Assembly: GCF_009834535.1 (NCBI RefSeq)
Contig: NC_045696.1
Coordinates: 55,120,001-55,184,000, forward strand
Length of the DNA: 64,000 nucleotides
From: Camelus ferus
Lineage: Eukaryota
Direction: 5' to 3'
In this document: one piece after another, positions 26,701 to 37,990 of the stretch
Position numbering within the stretch: the first letter of the stretch is position 1
Layout: each line of letters begins with the position of its first letter
Translations under genes and position numbers: made by a program
The notes under the pieces: generated by a model
Told to the model about the DNA's origin: nothing
Seen by the model: the letters and a program-made list of their open reading frames with translations, nothing else
Database searches by the model: none

Positions 26701-27789
26701 AATAAATAAAATAAAAATGTGCCTTGACATGAAGACATCTTATCAGGAACAAAATTCTCTATTTAGTTTGAGACGTTACTAAGTGATTGTGCCACTCTGA
26801 AGGATATACATGTGCTTTGTGTCCAGTTTATTGAGCTAATTCACATTTCTGGGTCACTTACAAGAAAATAAGCTAAACTTTGATCCAAGGAAAGCTCTAC
26901 AAATGAGTAATAATTAGAGAACATGAACCAAAAACAAACAAAGCAAAGCAAAAATACAAAGTAAAATAAATTTTGCCTTGAATGCATGATTTAGGGAAAG
27001 AACATGCATTATTCGGCAGATTTAAAAGTTGAAAAGCAGAGGTTCCTGATAAAGAGAGCTCAAGCTAGAAATGTCAGGTTTTCACCATTACATCCTAAAT
27101 CTGTTTTTATATAAAAATAAGTGAAGGCAAGCTATTTGTTTTGAAAACCTACCTCCTGCCTTCACATTATATTTTGTCTGGGAAACAGATGTAAAAATAG
27201 CTCATTGCTACATACGGAGAACAGACCATGGACCACATGGGGATGGAGGTTCTTCGTGTCCTCTGTGCCTCATGCAGAGGGGAAAGGGACCCAGCACTGT
27301 GCTTCACAGGAAAGGAAGGGGGCCTGGTGGAGGGAGGGCAGCGAGAGGAAGAAGGAGCCAGAGTGTGGAGAAGACAGATGGCACTGGGTGGCTGCTGAGC
27401 CAGTGAACAGAAGTAAACAGCTCTTGTTACATCCCGCTGAGCACTTAGGCAGTGGCTTCAGAATAAGTTATCACCGCCCTTCAATGTTCTCATTAGCTCA
27501 GCAATGTCAGGTGAAGAGGTTTGGGGCCTTCCTGCTGATGCCCCAGGGAGGGCTTAGTCTGAGTTAAGCCACACTCAGGGGTCAGGTTACCAGACTGAAG
27601 GGGTCAGAAGTGCAGACATTTGAATCTGAGTTGATACAGACACTACCAGCAGACAGTGAGATCAGAAGAGATTGTAAATCCAAAATCAGGAACACACACA
27701 GGAAAGACAGAGTTTCTAAGCTGTGGTCAGCATCAGAAAGAATTGAGAAATTTGTTCAGGAGAGCAATGGAATAAAGCAGAAAGAGTAA

Positions 27790-27878
27790 TTTTTTTTTTA
27801 ATGGAGGTACTTGGGATTGAACCCAGGACTCTGTGCATGTTAAGCATATGCTCTACCACTGAGCTATATCCTACCCCC
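27790..27878 (-). mobile_element. Camelid Vic-1-type tRNA(Ala)-derived SINE with TSD
   Basis: Minus strand GGGGGTAGGATATAGCTCAGTGGTAGAGCATATGCTTAACATGCACAGAGTCCTGGGTTCAATCCCAAGTACCTCCATT(A)n, with A box TAGCTCAGTGG and B box GGTTCAATCC. TSD agaaagagtaat (27779-27790) / agaaaaaggaat (27880-27891). Confidence 0.9.
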
Positions 27879-27899
27879 AAGAAAAAGGAATACTGAGAA

Positions 27900-28165
27900 T
27901 CTCAAGACCTGGATTCTAAGCTAGGCTCCATCACGTACAGCATGTTTGATCTTCGACAAGTCACTTAGTTTATAGGTATCAATCTCTTTTTCACCAAGTT
28001 CTTAACTTCCCCAAGCCAAAATGTCTGCAAAATCTGCAAAATGGATAAAGTAACAGAATCTTTCTCACCTCAATGTTTTAAAAATTAAATGAGATAACTT
28101 ATGTAAAAACCTTAGCACACAGTAAGCATTCAATAAACGTTAATTGTTCCCGTTGTTACTCTATT
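27900..28165 (+). mobile_element. MIR SINE
   Basis: 'agacctggattctaagctaggctcc...acaagtcacttag...aaattaaatgagataacttatgtaaaaaccttagcacacagtaagcattcaataaacg'. Confidence 0.85.
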
Positions 28166-28559
28166 ACTGTTACTCTTACTATTATTTCTATTTTGTAGGG
28201 ATTCTGTACAGACCAACCAGATGAGATAACATGTATAAGCCTGGGGCCTGGTTACACTGGCTCCCAGACCCACACTTTGCCACCTGACCTGGTCTATCAC
28301 TCTTGTCCCCACGCACTTGATGTCTGAGAAAACATCAATCTGAAGCTATTAACAAGCTGCAGACAGCCCCAGACAATTATGTCACCAGCAGTGAATTGTA
28401 TGAATAGGCAAGATGGTGATCATTCAGGGAGATGAAAATGACAGAAACAGCGAGGGCTGGCACACCAATAACGTGCCCCTCAGTTAACTGCCCAGGTGAG
28501 ATCAAATCATATGTGATCAAGGGTAAAGTTTGCCAATTTTAAGCAAAATAAAATATATA

Positions 28560-28740
28560 AACACACATATACTCAGAAGATAATAGAAGAGAGAGTATAC
28601 CCCAAATTTGACAGTGATTATATCTGGCCTGAAAGGCAAATTTTATTTTATTCTTTATATTTTCCTGATTTCTAAATTTTCTACAATGCACAAGTATTGG
28701 TAATACACTCAGCAAAAAAAGTTATAAAAGACAAAAATTA
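28560..28740 (+). mobile_element. L1ME 3' end fragment
   Basis: 'tataccccaaatttgacagtgattatatctgg...ttttctacaatgcacaagtatt'. Confidence 0.65.
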
Positions 28741-29187
28741 AATGCTGAGGTCCCTCTAAGTGGACTCTGATGACATAAAGAGAAGAGACATAAGACCATA
28801 TTGTGGGTGGACTGAGGAAGTAGGGAATCTGAAGCTATATCCAAAGTAGTTTTCCACTCTGGTATCCCTTCCTTCTGTTTCCACAGTCACTTCCCTCCCC
28901 ATCCTGTATCACTAAACTATTATAAAACTATCTTGCAATGTATTTCCTCACTTCCAAGCTCCCCTTGAAGCGGTGCCTCCCACACAGCAAGCACACATCC
29001 TGCGGGAATCACCGTCGTTGCCAGTCAACCTCCTGTTCAGTCACATAATGATGTCCTGTCATGCTGGATATCACCCAACAGTTGTTCACTGTTCAATATA
29101 CTTTCTTAACTATTCCTTTGCTATGTTTTCTTTTTCACTTCTGTTTCTCACTAAAGCTTCATGAGGCCTCTGAGTTTCAGCTAAACC

Positions 29188-29340
29188 AGGGGTTCTCAAA
29201 GTGTGGTCCCTGGACCAGCCATGTCAGCATCTCTTAAGAATTCGAAATGCCATTTTGGGGCCCCACCCCAGACCTCAGAATCAGAAACTCTGGGTTTTAT
29301 CAAGTCGTCCTGGTGTTTCTAATACATGGGAAAGTATGAG
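29188..29340. mobile_element. MER5A (hAT-Charlie) MITE
   Basis: 'caggggttctcaaagtgtggtccctggaccagc...ggccccaccccagacctcagaatcagaaactctggg'. Confidence 0.9.
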
Positions 29341-29492
29341 AGGCAAACTTCAAGCACTGAGCTAAACTGACCTGCTGGCTCGTTTCACACCTCGCTTGTT
29401 CATTCTCACCTGGTCACCCTCACACATGGTGTAGGGGCCTTGCAATGAATCAGCTCGGGTAGAATGAACTACATTTCACAGAATGTCCTTAC

Positions 29493-29568
29493 CTGGAGGT
29501 TTCTCGTTAGGCTGGGCCACTGGAGACTCGGTGCGAGATCTGGAGGGTGGATGTGAAGTAGCCGCCAT
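29493..29568 (-). CDS. Candidate first coding exon of an unidentified gene/isoform (MAATSHPPSRSRTESPVAQPNEKPP, phase 1)
   Basis: Strong Kozak context (acAggATGG) with an in-frame upstream TGA at 29593-29595. Consensus donor CCAG|GTAAGG at 29492. GC-rich non-repeat island with retained CpGs. Peptide not recognised. Confidence 0.4.
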
Positions 29569-29589
29569 CCTGTAGCTCACACATGTTGT

Positions 29590-29815
29590 CACTCACCAGC
29601 TGATTGACTTTCTGGGTGTGGGCAGCAGCTGGGGCTGCAACTGCTCCTCCTCCCCCTGAATCCTCCTCACCTTCTCTAACTCCTGGGCCAGATGGGCCAG
29701 ACAGCTGCATGATGAGAGACCCCAGCTGCTCTCGTGGACAATCACACCATCAAGGTCAGAGGCAGGGAGAACCATGAGCGGGTGGGTTCCAGCTTGTCTT
29801 CGCTCTATCTTATAC
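29590..29815 (-). promoter_or_regulatory. Candidate promoter/5' UTR with E-box cluster
   Basis: CAGCTG at 29597, 29626, 29702 and 29723; CAACTG at 29638; CAGATG at 29689. TATA-like TATAAGA on the minus strand at 29808-29814. Confidence 0.35.
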
Positions 29816-30309
29816 CCATCTTCTCCCCCCGCACATCATACAGACATCCAGTCTCCTGCACCAGATTTAAAGACAATAGCCTTACAGCATGAGCTGTAAG
29901 TGAGATAGATGTCAATGTCTCTTCCCTGCAGGAAAGGTGGAGGGCAGGGGCAGGGAGAGAGGTTTCCCTGACCCCCACCACAAGCCTCACTAAGTCCCCC
30001 GCTTATCCTGCCCACTCTTGTCTGCTCATGGGAACTCAGCTCAGATCTGAGCTCCAGGAAGTCCTCTGAAATAAATCCTATTCCATTCTATTCTTTCTTT
30101 TCTAATCCTGAAAGGTGTGTTATCCTCCTTTGCAGTCTCTCTGGTAACCATTCTCAAGCTGTTCCACATAGCCTTGCTATGTCTCCACATCTAGATTAGG
30201 AGCAACTTTTGGCCAGCAACCGAAACTTCTTTTGACAACTCCGCTACCCAGTAAAGCAAATTCTATTAACTGTGTTTTGTAATGTCTCCTTATTTCCCTA
30301 GCTTCATAT

Positions 30310-31060
30310 TCTTCCTGGACATTCTTCCTCATTCTCAATGTTCCATATGTAGGCTGATGATATTCAAATATATAGCTCCTATTGTGGCCTCTTCCTGAAC
30401 TTCAAACCATATATACAACTGCCTACTGGACCTCTCCATGTGGATATCCCTCTCTCTCTCTCTCTCTTTTTTTTTTTTCAGCAAGCTCAGAACTGAACTT
30501 GTCACTCAACCAATTCCAGTGGTTTTGAGTTTTCACTCTAAGAGAACTGTACTTTCCAGTTCACCAAACTCAAGCTATGATCTGGTGTTGGCCTAGATGC
30601 CTCACTCCTCCTTTCCCTCTAAGTCCGATCATATTAACTGAATCATCTAGATTCTTCCCCTTTGATCCTAACCACGTCCTCCCTTATGTAAGGTACAATG
30701 CGCAAAATGGCTTAAATGATGTACTGCAAAAATGGGCTCAGGTAGACTTAAATTCTAGTTCTACTGATTACTACATACTAAGCCTCAGTTTTCTCATCTG
30801 TAAAATGGGGGAAATAATAGTAACTATCTCAAATGATTGTTCTGTGTATTAACACAGACACTCTTATGAAGCCATATACAGTCCCAATCACATGACAAAT
30901 ACTCAATAAATATTAGCTATTATGACTCCTTCTGCTATTGCTGGTTACTATGTCTTTCCTTGATGATACTACAGCTTCTTAATTGGTTTTCTTGTCACTA
31001 GACTTTTTTTCTCTCTCAATTATAGATGTACAATTTTATAAAATGTCATAAGCAATTTTT
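30310..31060 (+). mobile_element. L2 fragment interrupted by a MIR (~30720-30925)
   Basis: L2 'tcctgaacttcaaaccatatatacaactgcctactggacctctccatgtggat'; MIR 'agcctcagttttctcatctgtaaaatggggg'. Confidence 0.8.
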
Positions 31061-31759
31061 AAAATACCATTAATTATTCTTTCAAATACCACATGTATTT
31101 CACAATGGTATTTTAAGCATATTAATGTTTCAGATGGGATAAACTAGATTAACAAATTTATATGGTCTGAGAGCCAAGAAGTAGTGGGTTTGGTATGAGC
31201 CCCCAGTTCTTGCTTTTGGAATGCTAAGTCAGAGAGGCACCAATGCTCACAGACTTCCAGAAACATCGCTGAAGATCCTCAATATTTCACAAGGTAGATA
31301 TACCACACTGCTACTGAGTTATTAAGCAGGTGTTTTCTTTTCTCCTAGGACAATATGGATGTCTGTAATCTTTCTACTTTTCTCCATTGCTCAGATTGGA
31401 ATGTCTTAGAATTGCAGTAAGATGATTCACCATATCCTTGTGAAGAGATATGCCTTCCCATAGCAATAAATGACTCCGACCAAGACAGACAGACTTAACA
31501 GCTAAACAGCAGATGGCCCTCAGTCATGTTTTAGGTGACTGCTTCGACTGAATATTATAAAATTGGATGAAATTCTGCCGATTTCCCCTTGCAATTATAG
31601 AAGTGTGGAGTGAGGAAGTAAAGAGATTTAGTGTTCATTAAAGTGAGCATCCCTAATAAAGTCTACACATTCTATTTCTGAAAAGCTGCATGTTTTCATA
31701 TAGCACCTGAGCATACTACCTGTGCCTCTCATGAGCTCTGGCCTGCATGAGAGTGATTG

Positions 31760-31895
31760 ATATATGTTGTTTACCTTCCCCACTAGACTGTGAGTGACTT
31801 GAAGGCAATCCTATGTCTGACCCATCTTTGTATTATAGCACCCTGCACACTCTTGCCTACAGTATGTGCTCAATAAATACTGAATTACTGAACAA
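31760..31895 (+). mobile_element. L2 3' terminus
   Basis: 'ccccactagactgtgag...cttgaaggca...tgctcaataaatactgaatt'. Confidence 0.85.
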
Positions 31896-32139
31896 CCAGA
31901 TGAAGATATATGCCAGTTGGAGTTTTCATAATTAAATCATACTTTATAATGACGTGGAACAAGTCACTATTTAAAGGTACTCTGTGGAAAATTGCTATGT
32001 ATTATGCCAAATCTCCTCATTGTTGATCATATATTTCATATATCAAATTTACTTAATTTAATACAACTCAAAAATGCACAGAGTGAGCATCTGTTGCCTC
32101 ACATTGACTGCTAAGATACAAAGAATGAGACATGGTCCC

Positions 32140-32750
32140 TGTGGCAAATTTCACTTTCTGCTCTTTTTACAATATGATTTACTGACACAATTCCCATGGA
32201 GTGGTGGGGCCCATGTCCCCACCCATGAACTTGAGCTGGATTTTGTGATGGCTGCATCCAATAGAGCACAGTGGAAAGATGATGTCTGCCCTCTGAGGCT
32301 AGGCTAGTAAGAAGGAAGGGTTCAGCTTCCTTCTTACTCTCTCAGTCAGGACACTCCCCATCCTGGAAGCCAGCCACCGTGCCATGAGGATGCTCAAACT
32401 AGTCCACATGGAGAGTGGAGAGACCACATGAGAGAGCTCCACGTGAATATACAGAGAGGTCCTGGTCTCTGCCCACTAGCTGACAGTAGCACCCCTCCTT
32501 CAAAGTGTGACAATCAAAACTGATTCCAGATATTGCTAAACGTCCCTGGGGAGAAGGCAAAGTCACCTTTAGTTGAGAACCACTGCTTTAGATGATTCTA
32601 GCACCTAGCCTTTGAGCTGCCCCAACTGACTTCAAGTGAAAAGGAAATAAGCTATCCTTGCTGAGCCCTGCCTACACTGGAGACATGTGAGCAGAACAGA
32701 TATTATAAGCCACTAAGTTGTAGAATGGTTTTTTGCAAAATATTTCTTAA
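32140..32750 (+). mobile_element. MLT1 LTR interrupted by a MER20 fragment (~32470-32587)
   Basis: MLT1 'gaagccagccaccgtgccatgagg...ttataagccactaagttg'; MER20 'tgtgacaatcaaaactgattccagatattgc...gttgagaaccactg'. Confidence 0.75.
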
Positions 32751-33444
32751 TGGGAAGAGCCACTGACCTCAGGGAACTGGTTTTCCCTTCTAGGATGGAA
32801 AGCAACTATGAAACTAAATAATCACTATTCTACAACAGACACATAAAATCTACTATAAAGTTAAGCTTGTCAGGCACACCTCACATAGATGTGTGAGAGA
32901 GAGAGAGGTTTTGTGTGTGTATACACAAAGGGGCAGCACTCTGATCTCGAAGGCCTGGTCTGTGGTCACATTGAGCTATTAGAGCATCTATGTTAACCTA
33001 ATTTTGGTATATATAATTATATCGTCTTCCTAATTTGCTCATGCACTTTCAACTGGAAGTGGTGAACACCGGATTCTTAAATAACTCCCCATCATTAAGG
33101 TCGCCTACAGTAACACACAGCTTGTTTTCCTGTAAGCTACATTAGATGACTCAGTCCCAGAGCATTTGGAACAACTGTGAGATAATGTTCTGAAGAGAGC
33201 TGTGGCAAGGTCAAGTTTGGTCTGCATGGCACTTATAATTTGTCTTCAGATATCAAGGAAAAAGTCTGGATACGAAGTGTAGCTACCCAGTGGCTCAATA
33301 TAGATTAAATAAGCTAAATTTAGCAGGTTTTTAAATTTAATTTTTAAAATTAAGATAATACATGATAATACTTATACCTAGAATTAATGATTTTGCATAA
33401 TTACAATGAGTAATGTGAGTTCAAGAGTGGAAGCTGTGTCTTAT

Positions 33445-33640
33445 TTGTAATAATGGCAATGGCTATTATTGAATGCTTCTCTTGGTCCCTGCGCAGTGTT
33501 CTGCTGTGGTGTTAACCCTCACCGTAGCCCAGTAACTGCAGTTCAAAGAGGCTAAATGACTTGCCCAGAGAGCTCAGGGGATTTGAAGGCTTATTTCTGA
33601 CTCCTAAGCCTGTTGTCTATCCACAACAGCTGCCTCCTTT
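33445..33640 (-). mobile_element. MIR SINE
   Basis: 'agaggctaaatgacttgcccagag...gggatttgaa...ctgactcctaagcc'. Confidence 0.7.
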
Positions 33641-34654
33641 GTCTTTGTGTCCTCGCTAGTCAACACCGTATGCGGTACATAGCTAGATATTCAAATGAGT
33701 TTGTAGTTGTTGATTAAAAAAAGCTCTGAATCACAAATGGAATCACAAATGTCACAGCTCAGTGTGGAAAAGAGACAATAAAGTCTATTGGACTGAACAT
33801 TCTGATGGTCAACCCATGTTTGTTGATTGCCGCACAATAGAGGAATTACCAAACAAGTGATTATTCTAGATGCCAAGCCAACTGAATCGGCTTGACTATG
33901 CAGTACAACTGATTGCCTAGTAATCAGCCACTGAATGGCACAACTCATCTATGCAGACAGAGCCTTAAAAGGGCCTGCTGTACTAACTCATTATTTTCTT
34001 GTTTTATGAAAGGAATGTTGTTTCAGGAAGGAGAAATAGAAGTCAACATTAGCTTTTTCTCATAAGGAAAGGGATAAGCTGGTTGTGAGAGTCTGAATCT
34101 AATAAAGATACGTATAAATGTACAAGGCTAACTGATTAAAAAAATCCCAACTGGATTGTCAATTGTTATTAATATAGGGTGTTGCCCACAAAAGGTGAAT
34201 GAATAAATGAATGAATAATCAAATAAATGATATATAAATAAATAATGAAAATAGTAGCCCAAACTAGTCGCAGGTATTGTCAACTGACATCCAATAATAT
34301 AAATGCAGAATGAACTATCAGGGGAATATGTATACATAGACCAACAGCAAACAATGGCTATTAATATTTCAAACTGGTTGATGATAGCTGGTTGTTTGAA
34401 TCAAGCCTTCTTTTTCCTCTCGGCTGTTTCCTGCTTTACGTGGATCACTATAAACTTTAGATTCAGCTGTATGTGTGTGCGTGTGGGAGAGAGAGAAAGT
34501 AAAAGAGACAGACTAGCCTGAGAAAGTGCTTCTGCCAGATACACTCTCAATTTTTCATAACCTTAGTTCCTTCTGGTAGTTGATGGCCCTGATCACATAC
34601 TTGGGAGCTACACAAACCAGAATCTTTTCACCTGAGCAGGAAGCAGCAGCTAAA

Positions 34655-34770
34655 TCTCTTCTCTCTTCCTGAAACAGCAAAAGGTGAGGAGGAAAGACAA
34701 CCTCAATATTTCTCTTCTCTCTTCCTGAAACTGCAAAAGGTGAGGAGGAAAGACAACCTCAGTAGTTCTC
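34655..34770 (+). repeat. Tandem duplication, 2 x 56 bp
   Basis: tctcttctctcttcctgaaac(a/t)gcaaaaggtgaggaggaaagacaacctca at 34655-34705 and 34711-34761. Confidence 0.97.
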
Positions 34771-34952
34771 AACAGGGAGTGTTCTCTTAGGGGGTGTTCA
34801 AAAATGGAGGCGGGGAGGTGCTTGGAGTTGCCACAGCAACAGGAAGAACCAACAGCGTTTAAGGGATGAAAACCAGGAAAGGAAAACATCCTGCAACATA
34901 CAGGACAGCTTTCCAAAAGGAACAATTTCCTTGCCCCCAAAATATTACTGAG
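34760..34952. mobile_element. hAT-Charlie MITE (MER3/MER20B/MER112-like)
   Basis: Termini 'cagtagttctcaac' ... 'ctgagaaatatt'; internal 'catcctgcaacatacaggacagc...aacaatttccttgcccc'. Confidence 0.65.
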
Positions 34953-36389
34953 AAATATTAGGCAATTCTCTTCGGAAACTTCATGGGGCCCCTTGTTTAA
35001 TATCAGCAAGGAGAACCATGTTCTCGTCATAATTACATGTAGGGAACAAGCCATGATTTGGCTGAAGAAATTTTCCTGATCTGAAGCAAAGAAAATCCCT
35101 GTGGCTGCTTCTAAAACCTCTAAAGTCTTCTCAGCTTTAGGGACAGCACCCCTGAGTCGCTTACAGGCATTAGAAGTTTCAAAGAAGAGAGCCAAGGAAT
35201 CAACAAATTCTAAGATTCTGTTTAACCCAAGAGCTGTGCCCTGATTAGACAGTAAGCTTGGTTGAACGTGCAGTAGATTAACAAAGGGCATCAGGCAAGT
35301 TGCAGGGTAAAAAGCTCATTTGGAAGTGCTATAAAATGTCTCCTTCCTCCTACCCTCAATTTTGGGGAAGACTGTGGTTCCTGTGCATTTCTGGAAGACA
35401 GTTAATGTTGTTCACTACCCAGGTGGGTGAGGACTTTAGCAGATGGCGACAGGATGGCTGTGAAAGAGGAAAGCGCTCTTGCAGGTGGCATAGTTACTTC
35501 TGTGTTTTTCATTTTGGAGGGGGAAGGGTGGGAGGCAGTCACAAGATAGTGCAATAATGCTGCAAAGCCCCCGAGTATTTCTTCTCATACATTTTCTAAA
35601 GTCACCACACTATTATCTTTCATCACATATCACAGAGGAGAAATCAAGCAAGAAATGGAGAGAGGACAACAGGAAAAAATCCTTTAACATGTACAACTAT
35701 AAATTCACCATTCTATAGCATTACCCTTCATGGACTCAAAGCCTATTAAGGCAGTAAATTTCCCCTGTATTTTCCTTCTCCAGGTGAAATAAGCTAATTA
35801 CTGTAACTTTTTCTCATAGGCCGCTTTTTTTCAATTTTATGCAATTATTTTTGTGCTTGACTTCCAGCTATATACATTCTGCTCGTTGTGTGATTCTGAG
35901 ACCCTACAAGTTGGTCACAATATTCTCATAACGGCCTGCAAGATAGGAGCTGCCTTCGCTGGTGATCTCCAGTTAGGTGACACCACCACCTCCCTTCACA
36001 GTCTTATTCAAGAGAGAAAAGGCAGTTAATGAAGCTACTCAAATATGGGCAGCTTCTGCTGCAGTGTGGGCGCAAGTTTCCCACCTTAATGAGCAGCCGC
36101 AGCCATTAATTGGGCTGCAGATCTCTTGAGTTTTCCAAGGCCTCTTTTTCAGCTCTCATTGTCATTGCAAAGATGGCAAGTGGCAAGTTCTTTGCAGAGT
36201 ACTCTCTCCCACAAACACAATCATGGGACGTTCACCCCCTAAGATTGCTATCTGCTACCTTTTCCTACACTGGTTTTGGTTGAGTGTCCCCAGAGCACTT
36301 CATCTGCCTGCATTTTCATATCAGAAAGGGGAGTACATGATAAAGGCCCTACAGTGAGGTTGATACCTTCCAATTATTATTCTGATGAT

Positions 36390-36880
36390 TCACTCACATA
36401 TTCATTTCTCCGTTCATCAATCTAGTAAACATATACTGAGAACCTACTGTGGACCAGTCTTGGGATAGTTATCAGATTACAGGCAAATAAATCAAGTCGT
36501 GACCCTAAAGGAGTTCTAGGGCAGGAAGATAGGCAAGGAAGTCAAGAATTACAACTCAATATAATAAATATGTTATTTTTTAAATGTATGGGATTCTGTG
36601 GGAACACGATTTCAGCCTGGAGCGTCAGGATCAGAAAAGCTCACTGAGTAGATCACCATGAAACAGAGCCCTGATCAGGTGTGAATTCTGTCAGGGAGCC
36701 AACGATCAGAGAAGCACAGCACAGAGAAGACGGAGCCCATGCGAAGCACAGGAACATGAAAGAACATTCCAGAGGCACCAGGGTGGTAGGAAAACTTTAG
36801 CATAGGATACAAGTTGGGTGTAACAGGCACGAAGCTAGAGACAGAGAGGCCAGCAGGACTGGGGGCTTAAATGGAAGCTA
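36390..36880 (-). mobile_element. L2 3' portion
   Basis: 'ttcatcaatctagtaaacatatactgagaacctactgtggaccag'. Confidence 0.7.
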
Positions 36881-37119
36881 ATAAGAACCGGCACAGCTAA
36901 CTGCCACCCAAGTACAAGTCACCCAGTGGCCTCAGTCTAGGGGACCTGGGTTCAGAATGGGGAACTACAGTGCAATAAAACAGACTTTACCTCATAATTT
37001 ACCTGTGGCTCTCCCTGTATTATAATGTGACATGGCGTGAAGAGGGCTACCGCCTGGTTTAGTTCTCAACAAAAGGTCCTATTTCCTCCAGCAACTAGAG
37101 AACACAGCCAGGAATTTAA

Positions 37120-37675
37120 GTGGCTCCTTATGGAGGAAATTTGTGGCTTTGGCCACCAAGCATCCAGTCTCCCTCTTTAATGGTACTATCACTCCACATT
37201 TTTAAAGAACCACCCTATGCCCGCTTTCAGTCCATATATATGGTTCCATTCCTACAGAAGTGAAGTCTGTTACTCAGCTTGGGACATCAGCACACCAAAT
37301 TGCTCTAGTCACAGGGACTGGTTCTGAGACAGACACACAGCCCATGCTGGTCCAATCAGGATAAATCCCAGGGCTTATTCAAGAGCTGCCAGGAAGATGT
37401 GTTCTCTCTTGTCCACTGGACACAAACATGGGAACATTTAATGGCTGGAGTTACTGTCAGCTGTCTTGCTACTCTGGGGAACTTGTGAATGAAGTCAACA
37501 TGGTAGAAAGCAAAGCCAGGAAATGGAGAAAAATTTGAGCCTCTTGGATCAAGTCACAATTGAATCCCGGATTCCCTAGAAGTGCATGTCCAAAAACATT
37601 TTCCATTTTACTAAAGCCAGTTTGAGTTAGGTTTCCTGTCATTTGATATTGAAAAAAAATATATTCTTACTGATA
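37120..37675 (+). mobile_element. Old ERVL/MaLR LTR remnant
   Basis: 'catgctggtccaatcagg', 'ctaaagccagtttgagttaggtttcctgtcattt...ttactgataca'. Confidence 0.65.
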
Positions 37676-37769
37676 CAATGCTAAAATTCTCTTTCAAAAA
37701 TTATCTCTTTTAAAAATGTAGTGTCTTAGGGGACAGAATATACCAAACATTGGACACACAAAGAGTCAC

Positions 37770-37990
37770 GGAACAGGATCTCTAAAACCGGTCTGCCAGG
37801 TCTGGCTTTGCCGCATACTAGTCAAATAGTTTGGGACAAATTACTTCATCTTTCTGAGCTTCATATTCTCTACATCGAAAATATAGTTATTAATTCTAAC
37901 CCCCTCCCATACAACAGAGGTACAACAAAAATCAAATAAATTTATGGAGGAGCAAGCTGTCAAATCAGAAGCACAAAATGAAATGGCTAC
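37770..37990 (+). mobile_element. MIR SINE
   Basis: 'ttgggacaaattacttcatctttctgagcttcatattctc'. Confidence 0.7.

Noticed and set aside
27800..27872. tRNA-Ala gene
   Set aside because: A-tail, TSD, extra 5' bases and a mutated anticodon region indicate a SINE copy.
29593..29775. 60-aa ORF containing LEKVRRIQGE, reminiscent of G-CSF LEQVRKIQGD
   Set aside because: The similarity is limited to ~10 residues, with no signal peptide and no other CSF3 exons. At most a uORF of the candidate exon.
31349..31416. Plus-strand exon candidate (ttttcttttctcctag|...|gtaaga)
   Set aside because: No compatible partner exons and an unrecognisable peptide; cannot be told apart from chance.
34650..35291. Longest ORF in the track (213 aa, minus strand)
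   Set aside because: It runs through a hAT MITE and the 56-bp duplication (read in two different frames), with no recognisable domain. Most likely a chance ORF.
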